Shown here in pieces: positions 48,275 to 58,160 of a stretch of 64,000 nt of DNA. Made by a program: the position numbers and the translations under genes. The notes beneath the pieces are model-generated. The model did no database searches and was not told the DNA's origin. It was given only the letters and a program-made list of their open reading frames with translations. The stretch comes from Acidimicrobiia bacterium (GTDB taxonomy: Bacteria > Acidobacteriota > Vicinamibacteria > Vicinamibacterales > SCN-69-37). The stretch lies in NCBI GenBank assembly GCA_016871335.1, contig VFZF01000003.1:63205-127204 (forward strand). Reading direction: 5' to 3'. The first letter of the stretch is position 1. Each line of letters starts with the position of its first letter.

Positions 48275-48637
48275 CTACGACAACGTGGTGAGCTGACCGG
48301 GGGCCTGTTTGAGAGCCGCGAGGATCGCCGCGGCCATCACGCGGAAATGGGACGCGTGCCAGACGACGCGACCGTCAATAACAAGCACCACCTGGGGCGA
48401 CTCGTGACGGACGCCGAGTTGCTGTTCGATTGCTCGCGAGACCTCTCGGGCTTCCTGGATACGGACGATGGAGATATCCGCGTCAAGGTCGGCACAGTTG
48501 GCCAGGTTCTGGATCTCCTCCATCGCCATCGCGCTCGTGCCGCACGTCAGGCTGTGTTTGAAGATCACGGCCGGCCGTTGGGCCGACTGGGCAAGGGCCG
48601 CCTGCCAGGCGCTGATCGAATGGAGCTCGCGAAGCAC
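48275..48637 (-). CDS. ytxJ: YtxJ-like thioredoxin-fold protein (bacillithiol-system monothiol protein)
   Basis: AVIFKHSLTCGTSAMA matches the YtxJ/DUF2847 FKHS-x-x-C-x-x-S motif. Length is 120 aa. Confidence 0.75.
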   Translation of the reverse strand: MLRELHSISAWQAALAQSAQRPAVIFKHSLTCGTSAMAMEEIQNLANCADLDADISIVRIQEAREVSRAIEQQLGVRHESPQVVLVIDGRVVWHASHFRVMAAAILAALKQAPGQLTTLS

Positions 48638-48757
48638 TCCCCATTGTCCAACACGCCGGGACGCGTCGCACCAAAATTGTTATTGATCTCCTCCCGGCGA
48701 TCGCGCATCGCATAGCGCGGCATCTTGCCGTCCTCTTTGTTGCTCCGGAGTGCTTGT

Positions 48758-49138
48758 ATGAGACCGAATCTGAAGTCCGCCGTCATCGCCTCGTGCCTTG
48801 CGGTCATCGCCCTTGCGTCCATCACCCTGCAGGCCACCCAGCAGCGCCGCAATCTCGATTTCACGCTGGTCAACCGGACCGGTCTGACCATCATGGAGGT
48901 CTACCTCAGCCCGACCAGCTCCGACGAATGGGGCGAGGACGTGATGGGCAAGGATGTGCTCGCAAACCGCGAGAAGGTGGACATCGTGTTCTCCAGCGCC
49001 GAGACCGAGTGCAACTGGGACCTCAAGGTTGTCGACGAAGACGACGACTCGATCGAGTGGACCAAGCTCAACCTGTGCACGGCGTCAGAGATCACGCTGA
49101 TGTACGAAGGCAAGAAGCCCACCGCGATCATCAAGTAG
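48758..49138 (+). CDS. Small secreted protein, unknown function
   Basis: ATG 48758 has GGAG 7 nt upstream. Signal peptide MRPNLKSAVIASCLAVIALASITLQA. The mature part has two Cys (CNWDLKVVDEDDD...LNLC). Confidence 0.6.
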   Translation: MRPNLKSAVIASCLAVIALASITLQATQQRRNLDFTLVNRTGLTIMEVYLSPTSSDEWGEDVMGKDVLANREKVDIVFSSAETECNWDLKVVDEDDDSIEWTKLNLCTASEITLMYEGKKPTAIIK

Positions 49139-49153
49139 CTCTCCGCGAGGGTT

Positions 49154-50122
49154 CTAGAAGAGCGCGCCGATCGCGCGCACGACGGACTGCGTCACGTCGG
49201 CACGCGACCCGGGAATCGAGCAGGCGGCTGCGTTCACATGGCCCCCGCCTCCGAACTGGACGGCCACCGCGCGCACGCTGACGTCGCCCTTTGACCGCAT
49301 GCTGACGCGATACTGCGCGTCGCTCTGCTTGCGTACGAGCGCCACCGCGAGCACGTTCTTCGCGCCGAGCGGCAGGTTCACCAGGCCATCGGTGTCGTCA
49401 GACGTGGCCCCGCACGCCGCCAGCAGCTCGTCGTCGTAATACAACACGGCGAGACGGTCGTCGTGGTGCAACTCCATGGCATTAAGCAATGCGCCGGTGA
49501 GCCGGACGCGGCCGATGGAGAAGCTGTCGAAGATCTCGCGGGAGAGCCGCGCGGGAGAGACGCCGGTGGCCGCGATGCGCGCACAAATGGAGAACGTGCG
49601 CTCAGAGATGGGGCCGTGCCGGAACCCGCCGGTGTCGGTCGCGATCCCGAGATACAGATGCGACGCGATGTCAGGCGTCCAGGTGACACCCAGGGCGTCG
49701 ATGACATCCGCCACCATCTCGGCACACGCGGCTGCCGAGGCGTCGAACCAGTTCACCGTGCCGTACATCGCATTACCGATGTGATGGTCGATGTTGATGA
49801 CGGTGGGACGATCCAGCCCGTCCACCTCGGGCCGCTTCAGATCGCCACATTCCATGACGATGGTGGCTTCTGCGGCCAGGGGAACGCCCTCGAGGGGGGG
49901 CACGGCGCCCGCCACGATGATGCGATCCGCGCCGGGGAAGCCGCGATAGGCGCCGGGCACCGCGTCCTTGTTGACCAGGCGGACACGCTTGCCGAGCGCG
50001 TCCAGCGCAAAGGCCATCGCCAGCTGCGATCCGATGGCATCGCCATCAGGCCGTGCGTGTGAGGTCAGAAGGAAGTGGTCGTGCGCGCGGATGGCGGCGG
50101 CGACGTCGAGGGCGGAACTCAT
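49154..50122 (-). CDS. nrnA: DHH-family phosphoesterase (NrnA-type oligoribonuclease / pAp phosphatase)
   Basis: The motifs are SHARPDGDAIGS, the DHH motif NIDHHIGN, and FGGGGHVNAA. Confidence 0.88.
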   Translation of the reverse strand: MSSALDVAAAIRAHDHFLLTSHARPDGDAIGSQLAMAFALDALGKRVRLVNKDAVPGAYRGFPGADRIIVAGAVPPLEGVPLAAEATIVMECGDLKRPEVDGLDRPTVINIDHHIGNAMYGTVNWFDASAAACAEMVADVIDALGVTWTPDIASHLYLGIATDTGGFRHGPISERTFSICARIAATGVSPARLSREIFDSFSIGRVRLTGALLNAMELHHDDRLAVLYYDDELLAACGATSDDTDGLVNLPLGAKNVLAVALVRKQSDAQYRVSMRSKGDVSVRAVAVQFGGGGHVNAAACSIPGSRADVTQSVVRAIGALF

Positions 50123-50493
50123 TCGTCGGTCGGCTCGCGTTCGTCGCGTTCCTTCTTCAGGTCGAGCAGGATCTGCTCGATGCGGTCCTGATGGGCGATC
50201 GCCTCGTCGTAGAAGAACTGGAGCTCGGGGACGCGGCGCAGCCGCACGCGCGAGCCGATCTGCCGGCGCAGGAAGGGCATCGCGCGCTCGAGCGCCTTCT
50301 GGGTGTCCTTGCGCTGCTTGTCGTCACCCATGACGGTGTACAACACACGCGCCAGCTGCAGGTCGGGCGTGACCTTCACACGCGTGAGCGTGAGGAAGCC
50401 GATGCCCGGATCGTGCACCTGCTGGGCAATGATCTGGCTCAGCTCCTGCCGGATGTGTTCGCCGACACGGTCGGGCCGTGAGCCTTGCGCCAT
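50119..50493 (-). CDS. rbfA: Ribosome-binding factor A
   Basis: RVGEHIRQELSQII...LTLTRVKVTPDLQLARVLY...RRVPELQFFYD. The stop overlaps the nrnA start (ATGA). Confidence 0.93.
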   Translation of the reverse strand: MAQGSRPDRVGEHIRQELSQIIAQQVHDPGIGFLTLTRVKVTPDLQLARVLYTVMGDDKQRKDTQKALERAMPFLRRQIGSRVRLRRVPELQFFYDEAIAHQDRIEQILLDLKKERDEREPTDE

Positions 50494-50497
50494 GGGG

Positions 50498-53374
50498 TCA
50501 GAACACCGCCGCGATCTTCTGGATGTGGAAGACCTCGATCATGTCGCCGACTTCGATGTCGTTGTACTTGTCGAGGCTGATGCCGCATTCCATCCCCGAC
50601 TTGACCTCGCCGACGTCGTCTTTGAACCGGCGCAGCGAACTGATGCGCCCGGTCCACAGCACCTCGCCGCCGCGGAGCAGGCGGGCCTGCGCGTCGCCCG
50701 CGCGGGTGATCTTGCCCTCGGTGACCATGCAGCCGGCGACGGTGCCGGCCTTGGGCGTGGAGAACGTCGCCTGGACCACCGCCGCGCCGATGCGCGCTTC
50801 CTTGAGCGTCGGCTCGAGCAGCCCCGTCATCGCCTTCTTGATCTCGTCGGTAACGTGGTAAATGACCGAGTGCTGACGAATCTCGACTTCCTCACGCTCG
50901 GCCACGTCCGCCGCGTTGCGGTCTGGCTTGACGTTGAAGCCGATGATGACGGCGTCGGACGCGGATGCGAGGAGTACGTCGGACTCGTTGATGGCGCCGA
51001 CGCCCGTGTGGATGATGCGCACCTTCACGCGTTCATCGGAGAGCTTCGCGAGGGTGTCGGCGAGCACTTCGGCGGAACCCTGCACGTCGGCCTTGATGAT
51101 AATGGCGAGTTCCTTGAGGTTGCCCTCGGCCATCTGCTGCTGCAGCGATTCCAGTGTGAGACGTGAGCCACGCGCGCCGAGCGCCTTGGCCTTCGCCTGC
51201 GTCTGACGATAGGTGACGATCTGACGCGCCTTGAGCGAGTCGTCCACGACCTGGAGGATGTCTCCGGGCGAGGGGAGTGCCGACAAACCGAGAATTTCGA
51301 CCGGCGTCGCCGGACCCGCCGACTTGATCTTGCGGCCCAGGTGATCGAACAACGCGCGGACCTTGCCGTCCACGGTGCCGGCAATGAACAGATCGCCTTC
51401 GCGGATGGTGCCGTCCTGCACGAGCACGGTCGCCACCGGACCACGGCCCTTGTCGAGTTTGGCTTCGAGCACGGTGCCCTGCGCCATGCGCGTCGGATTC
51501 GCCTTGAGCGTGCCGATGTCGGCCACGAGCAGAATCATTTCGAGCAGCTGATCCAGGTTGGTCTGCTGCTTCGCCGAGACCTCGACCGTGACGGTGGTGC
51601 CGCCCCATTCTTCCGGCTGCAGCCCCAGCTCCGACAGCTCGCGCTTCACGCGCTCGGGGTTCGCGCCGGGCACGTCAATCTTGTTGACCGCAACGATGAT
51701 CGGCACGTTCGCCGCCTTCGCATGGTCAATCGCTTCCTTCGTCTGGGGCATGACGCCGTCATCGGCCGCCACCACGAGGATGACAATGTCGGTGACCTTG
51801 GCGCCGCGGGCGCGCATCATCGTGAACGCCGCGTGACCGGGGGTGTCGAGGAACACGACCCGGCGCTTGTTCACATCAACGGAGTAGGCGCCGATGTGCT
51901 GCGTGATGCCGCCGGCCTCGCCCTGCGCGACCTTGGCCTTCCGAATCGCATCGAGCAGCGTCGTCTTGCCGTGGTCGACGTGACCCATGACGGTGACGAC
52001 CGGAGCGCGTTCGACCATGTCTTCCGGCTTCGATGCCGTGGTTTCGACGTCCACCACTTCTTCTTCGAAGGAGCGGATGAGCACTTCCGCACCGAAGTCG
52101 CGTGAGACGAGCTGTGCCGTCTCGGCGTCGAGCGTCGAGTTGATGGTCATCATCATGCGACGGTCCATCAACTTCTTGAGGACGTCCTTCGCCTTGACCT
52201 CGAGCTTGTCCGCCAGGTCCTTCACCGTCATGCCCTCGGCGAGGGTGATGAGTTTGGTGATCGGCGGCAGTTCCATCGCCATCGGCGCCTGGGACGGCCG
52301 ATCGTCGCGGCGCGGACCACGCGCGCGCGGACCCGAGTAGGCCGGGCGATAGGTCGACTGGCCCGGGCGCTGCTGTCCGAACGGCGGACGACTGCCCGGA
52401 GCTCCGGCGGGTTGACCGGAGCGCACGGGTTGCGAGGGCAGGGGACGCGGACCGCCGAGTGGTGGACGCGGACCGGCGGGAATCGGACGACCGGTCAGGC
52501 CGGGACGCACGGCCATGCCAGGCTCGGCAGGGCGTGTCGGGGCCGGGGCAGAAACGGAGGGACGCACTGCCGGACGCAGCGGCATCGGCCGCGCAGCCGG
52601 CGCTTCACCCGTGAGCGGATCTTCGATGCGCAGACGACGCGACGGCGGCACCACGCGACCGGGACGAATGATCGGCTTCGTGACCGGGCTAATCGCGGGT
52701 GGAGCCGGTGGCGTGACTGCCGCCGGCGCCTGGGGCACGCGGGCCGGAGGGGGGACCGGCACCGTCGCCGTTGGTGTGGGCCGCGCCCCCACAGGCGGGG
52801 GCTCGGTCTCGACTTTCAGTCTGCCGCGAGGCGCAAGCGTTGTGGGCGCAGGCGCAGGTGCCGGCTCGGCTGCGGCCACACCAGCCACCTCGGGAACATC
52901 AGGCGCCGCGACCGGCTCGGCCACCAGTCCTGCCGCAACAGCATCGGCCGCCTCGGCGACAGGAGCCAGGGGCTCTGCAGCCGGTGCAGGGGGCGCCGCG
53001 ACGTCTTCCGCAGGCGCGGTGCCATGGGCGTCTTCGGGCTGGCCACCGGCCGGCTTGACGGTCTTGACCAGGCGCGGCCGTAGTGCGGGCGCAGCCGGCT
53101 TCGGAGGCTCGACGACTTTGCCGGCCTTGGCGCCGGCCTTCACGGCGCCCTTCTTGGGCGGCGCAGGGGCATCGGCGAAGAGGGCGGTCGGCGGCGGCAA
53201 CGCGATGCGGCGCTTGCGCGCCTCGCGCTCGACAAACTGCCGCGCAACGATCTCCTCGACGGAACTCGAGGCACTCTTCACCTCGATGCCGGTCTCGCTC
53301 TTGAGCAGGCTCATCGCGTCCTGGCTCGACAGACCCAGGAGCTCAGCGACTTTGTAAATCCGGACAGTGGCCAA
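50498..53374 (-). CDS. infB: Translation initiation factor IF-2
   Basis: GTPase motifs [21 protein letters not shown] and NKID. The N-terminal region is long and rich in Pro and Ala. Length is 958 aa. Confidence 0.97.
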   Translation of the reverse strand: MATVRIYKVAELLGLSSQDAMSLLKSETGIEVKSASSSVEEIVARQFVEREARKRRIALPPPTALFADAPAPPKKGAVKAGAKAGKVVEPPKPAAPALRPRLVKTVKPAGGQPEDAHGTAPAEDVAAPPAPAAEPLAPVAEAADAVAAGLVAEPVAAPDVPEVAGVAAAEPAPAPAPTTLAPRGRLKVETEPPPVGARPTPTATVPVPPPARVPQAPAAVTPPAPPAISPVTKPIIRPGRVVPPSRRLRIEDPLTGEAPAARPMPLRPAVRPSVSAPAPTRPAEPGMAVRPGLTGRPIPAGPRPPLGGPRPLPSQPVRSGQPAGAPGSRPPFGQQRPGQSTYRPAYSGPRARGPRRDDRPSQAPMAMELPPITKLITLAEGMTVKDLADKLEVKAKDVLKKLMDRRMMMTINSTLDAETAQLVSRDFGAEVLIRSFEEEVVDVETTASKPEDMVERAPVVTVMGHVDHGKTTLLDAIRKAKVAQGEAGGITQHIGAYSVDVNKRRVVFLDTPGHAAFTMMRARGAKVTDIVILVVAADDGVMPQTKEAIDHAKAANVPIIVAVNKIDVPGANPERVKRELSELGLQPEEWGGTTVTVEVSAKQQTNLDQLLEMILLVADIGTLKANPTRMAQGTVLEAKLDKGRGPVATVLVQDGTIREGDLFIAGTVDGKVRALFDHLGRKIKSAGPATPVEILGLSALPSPGDILQVVDDSLKARQIVTYRQTQAKAKALGARGSRLTLESLQQQMAEGNLKELAIIIKADVQGSAEVLADTLAKLSDERVKVRIIHTGVGAINESDVLLASASDAVIIGFNVKPDRNAADVAEREEVEIRQHSVIYHVTDEIKKAMTGLLEPTLKEARIGAAVVQATFSTPKAGTVAGCMVTEGKITRAGDAQARLLRGGEVLWTGRISSLRRFKDDVGEVKSGMECGISLDKYNDIEVGDMIEVFHIQKIAAVF

Positions 53375-53382
53375 ACGCTACC

Positions 53383-54666
53383 TCACTCGTATTCGGTCGT
53401 CGTCGCGGAACCCGCAGCTGCGAGCACCGCCTCGACCGTTTCCGCATCGAACCCGGGAATCGCGGCCAGCGCCTCGGTGCCGGCCTCGCGAATCTTGTCT
53501 GCCGACGTAAAGCCTGCAGCCTTGAGCTGCGAGATGACTTCGTCGTGGATATCGGGCAACGTCAGGGGCGCTTCAGCCTCACGTGTCTCGCCGAACTCGA
53601 GGCCGGCCAACTGCAGCTCGACTTCCTTCTTCTTGTCCTCGTCGCTCTTGATGTCGATCTTCCAGCCGGTCAGCTTCGCGGCGAGCCGCACGTTCTGACC
53701 CTTCTTGCCGATGGCCAGCGACAGCTGCCGATCTTCGACCAGCACCTCCATCACGCGCGCCTCATCGTCGACAATCGTGACGCGCTGGACACGGGCGGGG
53801 CTGAGGGCCTTGGTGACGAAGTCGACCGGATCTTCCGACCATTCGACAATGTCGATTTTTTCGCCGCGGAGTTCGCGGATGATCGCCTGCACACGGGTGC
53901 CGCGCATGCCGACGCAGGCGCCGACCGGATCCACGTCGCGTTCGCGGGAGAACACGGCGAGCTTCGCACGATCGCCCGCCTCACGCACGCAGCCGCGAAT
54001 CATGACCGTGCCGTCGTAGATCTCCGGCACTTCCTGCTCGAACAGCTTGATGAGCAATGCCGGATCCGTGCGCGAGAGCACGACCTGCGGGCCCTTGGCG
54101 TTGCGCGTCACGGTCTTGATGACGGCGCGCACACGGTCGCCGATGGCGTAGTTTTCGGCGCGCGACTGTTCCCTGCGCGGGATCTGGCCTTCGACGCGGC
54201 CGATCTCCACGATGAGATCGCCGCTTTCGAAACGCTTGACGAGGGCATTGACCACTTCGCCGACGCGCTGGCTGAACTCGCCGTGAATCTTCTCGCGCTC
54301 CGCTTCGCGCACGCGCTGGGCGATGACCTGCTTGGCCGTCTGCGCCGCGATGCGACCGAGCTTTTCGGTTTCCTTCGGGAATTCGATTTCCATCCCCGCT
54401 TCGGCTTCTTCGCCGTATTCCGCCTGGGCATCGGCCAGCGCGATTTCACGGTGCGGGTCGGCTACCGCCTCCACAATCTGCTTCACCGCGTAGAGTTCCA
54501 CGAGCCCGGTGTCGAGGTTGAACCGTGTGCGCAGGTCTTCTTCTTCCTTGAACACCTTGCGCGCGGCCGCGAGATACGCGTCCTCAATCGCTCCGACAAC
54601 GATGGACGGGTCGATGCCCTTGTCCTTCGCTACCACGTCAATCATCTGCTGCAGTTCGGTCGCCAT
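53383..54666 (-). CDS. nusA: Transcription termination/antitermination factor NusA
   Basis: S1 and two KH domains (ACVGMRGTRVQAIIRELRGEKIDIV; AIGKKGQNVRLAAKLTGWKIDI). Confidence 0.97.
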   Translation of the reverse strand: MATELQQMIDVVAKDKGIDPSIVVGAIEDAYLAAARKVFKEEEDLRTRFNLDTGLVELYAVKQIVEAVADPHREIALADAQAEYGEEAEAGMEIEFPKETEKLGRIAAQTAKQVIAQRVREAEREKIHGEFSQRVGEVVNALVKRFESGDLIVEIGRVEGQIPRREQSRAENYAIGDRVRAVIKTVTRNAKGPQVVLSRTDPALLIKLFEQEVPEIYDGTVMIRGCVREAGDRAKLAVFSRERDVDPVGACVGMRGTRVQAIIRELRGEKIDIVEWSEDPVDFVTKALSPARVQRVTIVDDEARVMEVLVEDRQLSLAIGKKGQNVRLAAKLTGWKIDIKSDEDKKKEVELQLAGLEFGETREAEAPLTLPDIHDEVISQLKAAGFTSADKIREAGTEALAAIPGFDAETVEAVLAAAGSATTTEYE

Positions 54667-54668
54667 AA

Positions 54669-55181
54669 TCAGAACTCCACGTCCAGCCGGGCGCGTTTGA
54701 CCGCCGCCACCGGCACCCGGTGTGTCCGCCGGCCTTCTGCCAGCAACACCGATCCTTCGTCCACTCCCGTGATCCGGCCCGAGAAACTCGTCTGGCCGTC
54801 CACTGGCGCTGACGTCACAATCTTCGCGAGACGCCCGGTGAACCGCCGGTAGTCGTCTTCGCTTCGTAACGGTCGATCCAAACCCGGTGAGGACACTTCC
54901 AAGGTGTAGGCCTTGTCGAGTGCCGCCCCGAGGTCGTCTTCCACGTCGAGCAGGGCGCTCAGGTCATGACTGACCTTCTGGCAATCCCCAATCCCGACCG
55001 CGTCTCCGGGCTGTTCGGGGCCCTTCGACACGTCCCATGGTCGATCGACCATCACCCGCAGCACCCAGCCGATGGATTCGCGCCGGAACTGAAGATCAAA
55101 AATCGTCAGTCCGTGGCTTTCGGCCACGCGTTGTGCCGCTTCGCGCACACGGTCGACGGCTTGCTCGCGGGTCGTAGCCAC
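54669..55181 (-). CDS. rimP: Ribosome maturation factor RimP
   Basis: LEVSSPGLDRPL is present, and the gene sits immediately upstream of nusA. Confidence 0.92.
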   Translation of the reverse strand: MATTREQAVDRVREAAQRVAESHGLTIFDLQFRRESIGWVLRVMVDRPWDVSKGPEQPGDAVGIGDCQKVSHDLSALLDVEDDLGAALDKAYTLEVSSPGLDRPLRSEDDYRRFTGRLAKIVTSAPVDGQTSFSGRITGVDEGSVLLAEGRRTHRVPVAAVKRARLDVEF

Positions 55182-55221
55182 GTCAGGATCCTGCAGGTTG
55201 CCGGAACGGGAAAAAGGGGCC

Positions 55222-55253
55222 TAAAAACAGAAAAAGTGGGCACGGGCCCACTT
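55222..55253 (-). terminator. Intrinsic terminator between the SGNH hydrolase gene and rimP
   Basis: On the minus strand it reads AAGTGGGC-CCGT-GCCCACTT followed by TTTCTGTTTTT. Confidence 0.6.
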
Positions 55254-55367
55254 ACCACCGCATTCCCGCTACGAGCACCCGCAAGTATACACCGCGCGTG
55301 GGTTACTGGTTCATCGGTTCATGGTTCATGGGCTACCAACCGCCCAGTCACCCAGTTGCCCAGCAGC

Positions 55368-56219
55368 TCAGTTCATGAACACGCACGCCGTGGCCGGTGC
55401 CCCCGGGGGGGTGGCGATGGCCTCCGAGACCAGGTCCGCCAGTCGGCGGTAGCCGACATCATTGGGGTGGAAGCCGTCGGAGGAGTAGTTGCCGGCGTCG
55501 TACATCGGGGCGTGGCACATGAGATCCACGATGAGCACGTCGGCGGACCGGGTGGCGTTCATGGCCGCCGAATAACCCACAGCCAGCCGCCGCATCCACT
55601 CGCGTTCGGTCGGGTTCAGGCTGCTGGCGTAGGGCAACCGCGACAGGTTCGGCAGGTTCAGAACAATGACCGTGGTCGTCGTCGCCCGGGCGCGGATGCC
55701 GGTGAGCAGGTCCCGGAATTCCTGCGCGAAGGAGGTGATCTGGGCCGTAATGTAGGCGTCCACGTTGCCGTTGGCCTGACCGGCCTTGACCGCCGCCGCG
55801 ACGATGTTGACGTCATTGCCACCGGCAAAGACGGTAACCAGTGTGGAGGCCCGGGGCACAAAGGGCATTTGGGCATCGATGAAATTGGTCACCGGGTCGC
55901 GCCCCACGGATTTGCCCAGATCGAGCAACCGGCGGCTCACGACTGCGCCCGGAATGCCGAGATTGGTATCTGAAAAGTCGGAGTGCGCGGATTTCAGGCG
56001 CCGGCTGACGGTCTGGACGTAGCCCGTGCCATCGGGACAGGCCGCAAACGGCTGGCACACCACGGAGCCGCCGTAGCCGATAGTGTCGCTCGCGCCGACG
56101 GCCGCGTAACGCACGGCCCCGGCGGGGAGGCCCGGCTCTGTCGGGGCTTTCAAGGCCTCGCACGCGGCCAGAGCGGTGACAGGCAACACGGCAAACACGA
56201 GACGCACGGGACGCTTCAC
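55368..56219 (-). CDS. SGNH/GDSL-family hydrolase, probable lipoprotein
   Basis: GTG 56219 has GAGAGGA upstream. The lipobox is LAACEA. Block I is AAVGASDTIGYGG, and the DxxH block is DGFHPN. Confidence 0.8.
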   Translation of the reverse strand: MKRPVRLVFAVLPVTALAACEALKAPTEPGLPAGAVRYAAVGASDTIGYGGSVVCQPFAACPDGTGYVQTVSRRLKSAHSDFSDTNLGIPGAVVSRRLLDLGKSVGRDPVTNFIDAQMPFVPRASTLVTVFAGGNDVNIVAAAVKAGQANGNVDAYITAQITSFAQEFRDLLTGIRARATTTTVIVLNLPNLSRLPYASSLNPTEREWMRRLAVGYSAAMNATRSADVLIVDLMCHAPMYDAGNYSSDGFHPNDVGYRRLADLVSEAIATPPGAPATACVFMN

Positions 56220-56264
56220 CTTAGTCCTCTCGGCTGTTGGGGGGCCTCCCGTTATAAGAAAAAT

Positions 56265-56304
56265 GAGCTCGGAGGCGATTTCTTCCGAAATCGCCTCCGA
56301 GCTC
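56265..56304 (-). repeat. Palindromic element family 1, copy 2
   Basis: 18-bp perfect stem GAGCTCGGAGGCGATTTC / GAAATCGCCTCCGAGCTC with a 4-nt loop. It starts 1 nt after the glbO stop. On the minus strand it is followed by ATTTTTCTT. Confidence 0.9.
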
Positions 56305-56305
56305 G

Positions 56306-56686
56306 TCAACGGCGGTTGACCATGAACGTGGTGGTCTGGTCGAAGAAGCTGCGAAGGGTGAGGGTGACGTCGTCGGGCAGCGTCGCCTCGTCAAGGGCTC
56401 TCGTCATGAGCTGCATCCAGCGGTCGCGCGCCGCCTGATCGACCGCAAATGGCGCGTGGCGCTGACGCAACCGCGGGTGGCCGCGCTGCTGAATATAGCG
56501 ATCCGGCCCGCCAAATCGGCCGATCAGGAAGTCACGCAGCCTCGCTTCCGCGCCGGCCATGTCGCCGGGCGGATACATCGGCCCCAGGATGTCGTCAGCC
56601 GGAACCTGCGCATAAAACGCCCGAACCAGCCGATCAAACCCGTCCTCGCCGATACGCTCGTAAATCTGGAGTTCGCCAATCTGCAT
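56306..56686 (-). CDS. glbO: Group II truncated haemoglobin
   Basis: IYERIGEDGFDRLVRAFYAQV...HPRLRQRHAPFAVD...RDRWMQLMTRAL. Confidence 0.88.
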   Translation of the reverse strand: MQIGELQIYERIGEDGFDRLVRAFYAQVPADDILGPMYPPGDMAGAEARLRDFLIGRFGGPDRYIQQRGHPRLRQRHAPFAVDQAARDRWMQLMTRALDEATLPDDVTLTLRSFFDQTTTFMVNRR

Positions 56687-56687
56687 G

Positions 56688-56733
56688 AATGAGCTCGGAG
56701 GCGATTTTGTCAGAAATCGCCTCCGAGCTCATT
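56688..56733 (-). repeat. Palindromic element family 1, copy 3
   Basis: AATGAGCTCGGAGGCGATTT / AAATCGCCTCCGAGCTCATT has a 20-bp stem and a short loop. It fills the whole gap between the rimO stop (56736) and the glbO ATG (56686). Confidence 0.9.
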
Positions 56734-56735
56734 TT

Positions 56736-58100
56736 TCAGAGGGGGGTGACGACGAGGTCGTAGCCGCGGGCGCCGGTGATGGTGGCGTCCACGAGGGTGC
56801 CGGGGACGAGGGTCGCGGGGTCGCACTGATCGAAGTACACGAGGGCGTCGATGTCGGGTGCCTGGCCTTCGAGGCGCCCGAGCACGACGAGGTCGGAGTC
56901 GGGGGACGGGCCGTCGACCATGACTCGCACGGCCTGGCCCTTTCGGGCCCTCATCCGCGCGGCCACGATTTGTTTCTGCAGCCTCATCACGCGGTCGCGA
57001 CGCGCCTGTTTTTCCGCCGCCGGCACGTCATCGACCATCTCGAACGCCCGCGTGTCTTCCTCGTGCGAATACGTGAAGACGCCGACGTGGTCGAAGTTGG
57101 TGTCGCGAACAAACGACAGCAGTTCCTCGACGTCCTGCTCGGTCTCGCCGGGGAAGCCCACGATGAATGTGGTGCGCAGGGTGACCTCCGGAAGGAAACG
57201 GCGGATGCGCGCGAGCAATTTGTCGTAGCTGTCGCGATTGCCGGGACGTCGCATGCGGCGCAACACGTCGGCAGAGGCATGTTGCAGCGGCAGGTCGATG
57301 TAGCGGCACACCTTCTCGCACTCCGCCATCGCCTGCAACACGTCATCCGTGATCGTGGTGGGGTAGAGGTACAGAAGCCGGACCCAGGCGAGGTCCTCGA
57401 CCTGATTCAGACGCCGGAGCAATTCCGCGAGCGCACCTCGTTTGCCCTTGTCGATCCCGAAAAACGTCGTGTCCTGCGAGATCAGCAGCAGTTCGCGCAC
57501 GCCACGCGCCGCCAGTACTTCCGCTTCCTGCACGATCGCGTCGATGTCCCGGCTCCGATACCTGCCGCGCAATGTGGGAATGATGCAGAACGCACACGTG
57601 TAGTCGCAGCCTTCGGCGATCTTCACGTAGGCGAAGTGTTTCGGCGTGGTCTGAACCCGCGGGGTGTCGGAGCCGTAGAGGTACGTGATGTGGGGGGCTG
57701 GGTGCTCAGTGCCCAACGCGGCGGCGCGCGACTTGAAGAGTCGCATCGGCGCTGGTTGGCCGGCGATTGCGGGGACGATGTCGAGTACTTCGCCGGTGCC
57801 GAGGCACACGTCGATCTCCGGGATCTCGGTCTTGAGCTGATCGCGATAGCGCTCGGCCAGGCACCCGGTGACGATCAGCTTCTTGCACGATCCATCGCGT
57901 TTGTACTGCGCCATCTCGAGGATGGCATCGACGGACTCTTCCTTGGCGTTGTCGATGAACGCGCACGTATTCACCACGATCACGTCCGCCGTGGACGCCT
58001 CACTGGTCAACTCATGCCCTGCCGCCTGCGCCATGCCAAGCATGACCTCGCCATCAACGAGGTTCTTCGGGCACCCGAGTGATACAAATCCAATCTTCAT
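56736..58100 (-). CDS. rimO: Ribosomal protein S12 methylthiotransferase (radical SAM)
   Basis: MKIGFVSLGCPKNLVDGE. The radical-SAM cluster is CDYTCAFC. There is a TRAM C-terminus. I prefer ATG 58100 to TTG 58115. Confidence 0.93.
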   Translation of the reverse strand: MKIGFVSLGCPKNLVDGEVMLGMAQAAGHELTSEASTADVIVVNTCAFIDNAKEESVDAILEMAQYKRDGSCKKLIVTGCLAERYRDQLKTEIPEIDVCLGTGEVLDIVPAIAGQPAPMRLFKSRAAALGTEHPAPHITYLYGSDTPRVQTTPKHFAYVKIAEGCDYTCAFCIIPTLRGRYRSRDIDAIVQEAEVLAARGVRELLLISQDTTFFGIDKGKRGALAELLRRLNQVEDLAWVRLLYLYPTTITDDVLQAMAECEKVCRYIDLPLQHASADVLRRMRRPGNRDSYDKLLARIRRFLPEVTLRTTFIVGFPGETEQDVEELLSFVRDTNFDHVGVFTYSHEEDTRAFEMVDDVPAAEKQARRDRVMRLQKQIVAARMRARKGQAVRVMVDGPSPDSDLVVLGRLEGQAPDIDALVYFDQCDPATLVPGTLVDATITGARGYDLVVTPL

Positions 58101-58107
58101 CAGGGAT

Positions 58108-58156
58108 ATCAGCAATCAGCAATCGCACTCAGCACAGTGCACTGTGCACTCAGCAC
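58108..58156. repeat. Composite repeat/palindrome block between asnS and rimO
   Basis: (ATCAGCA)x2 lies at 58108-58121. A 16-bp perfect palindrome, GCACAGTGCACTGTGC, lies at 58132-58147. The 11-nt direct repeat GCACTCAGCAC occurs at 58125-58135 and 58146-58156. Confidence 0.85.
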
Positions 58157-58160
58157 CGGT

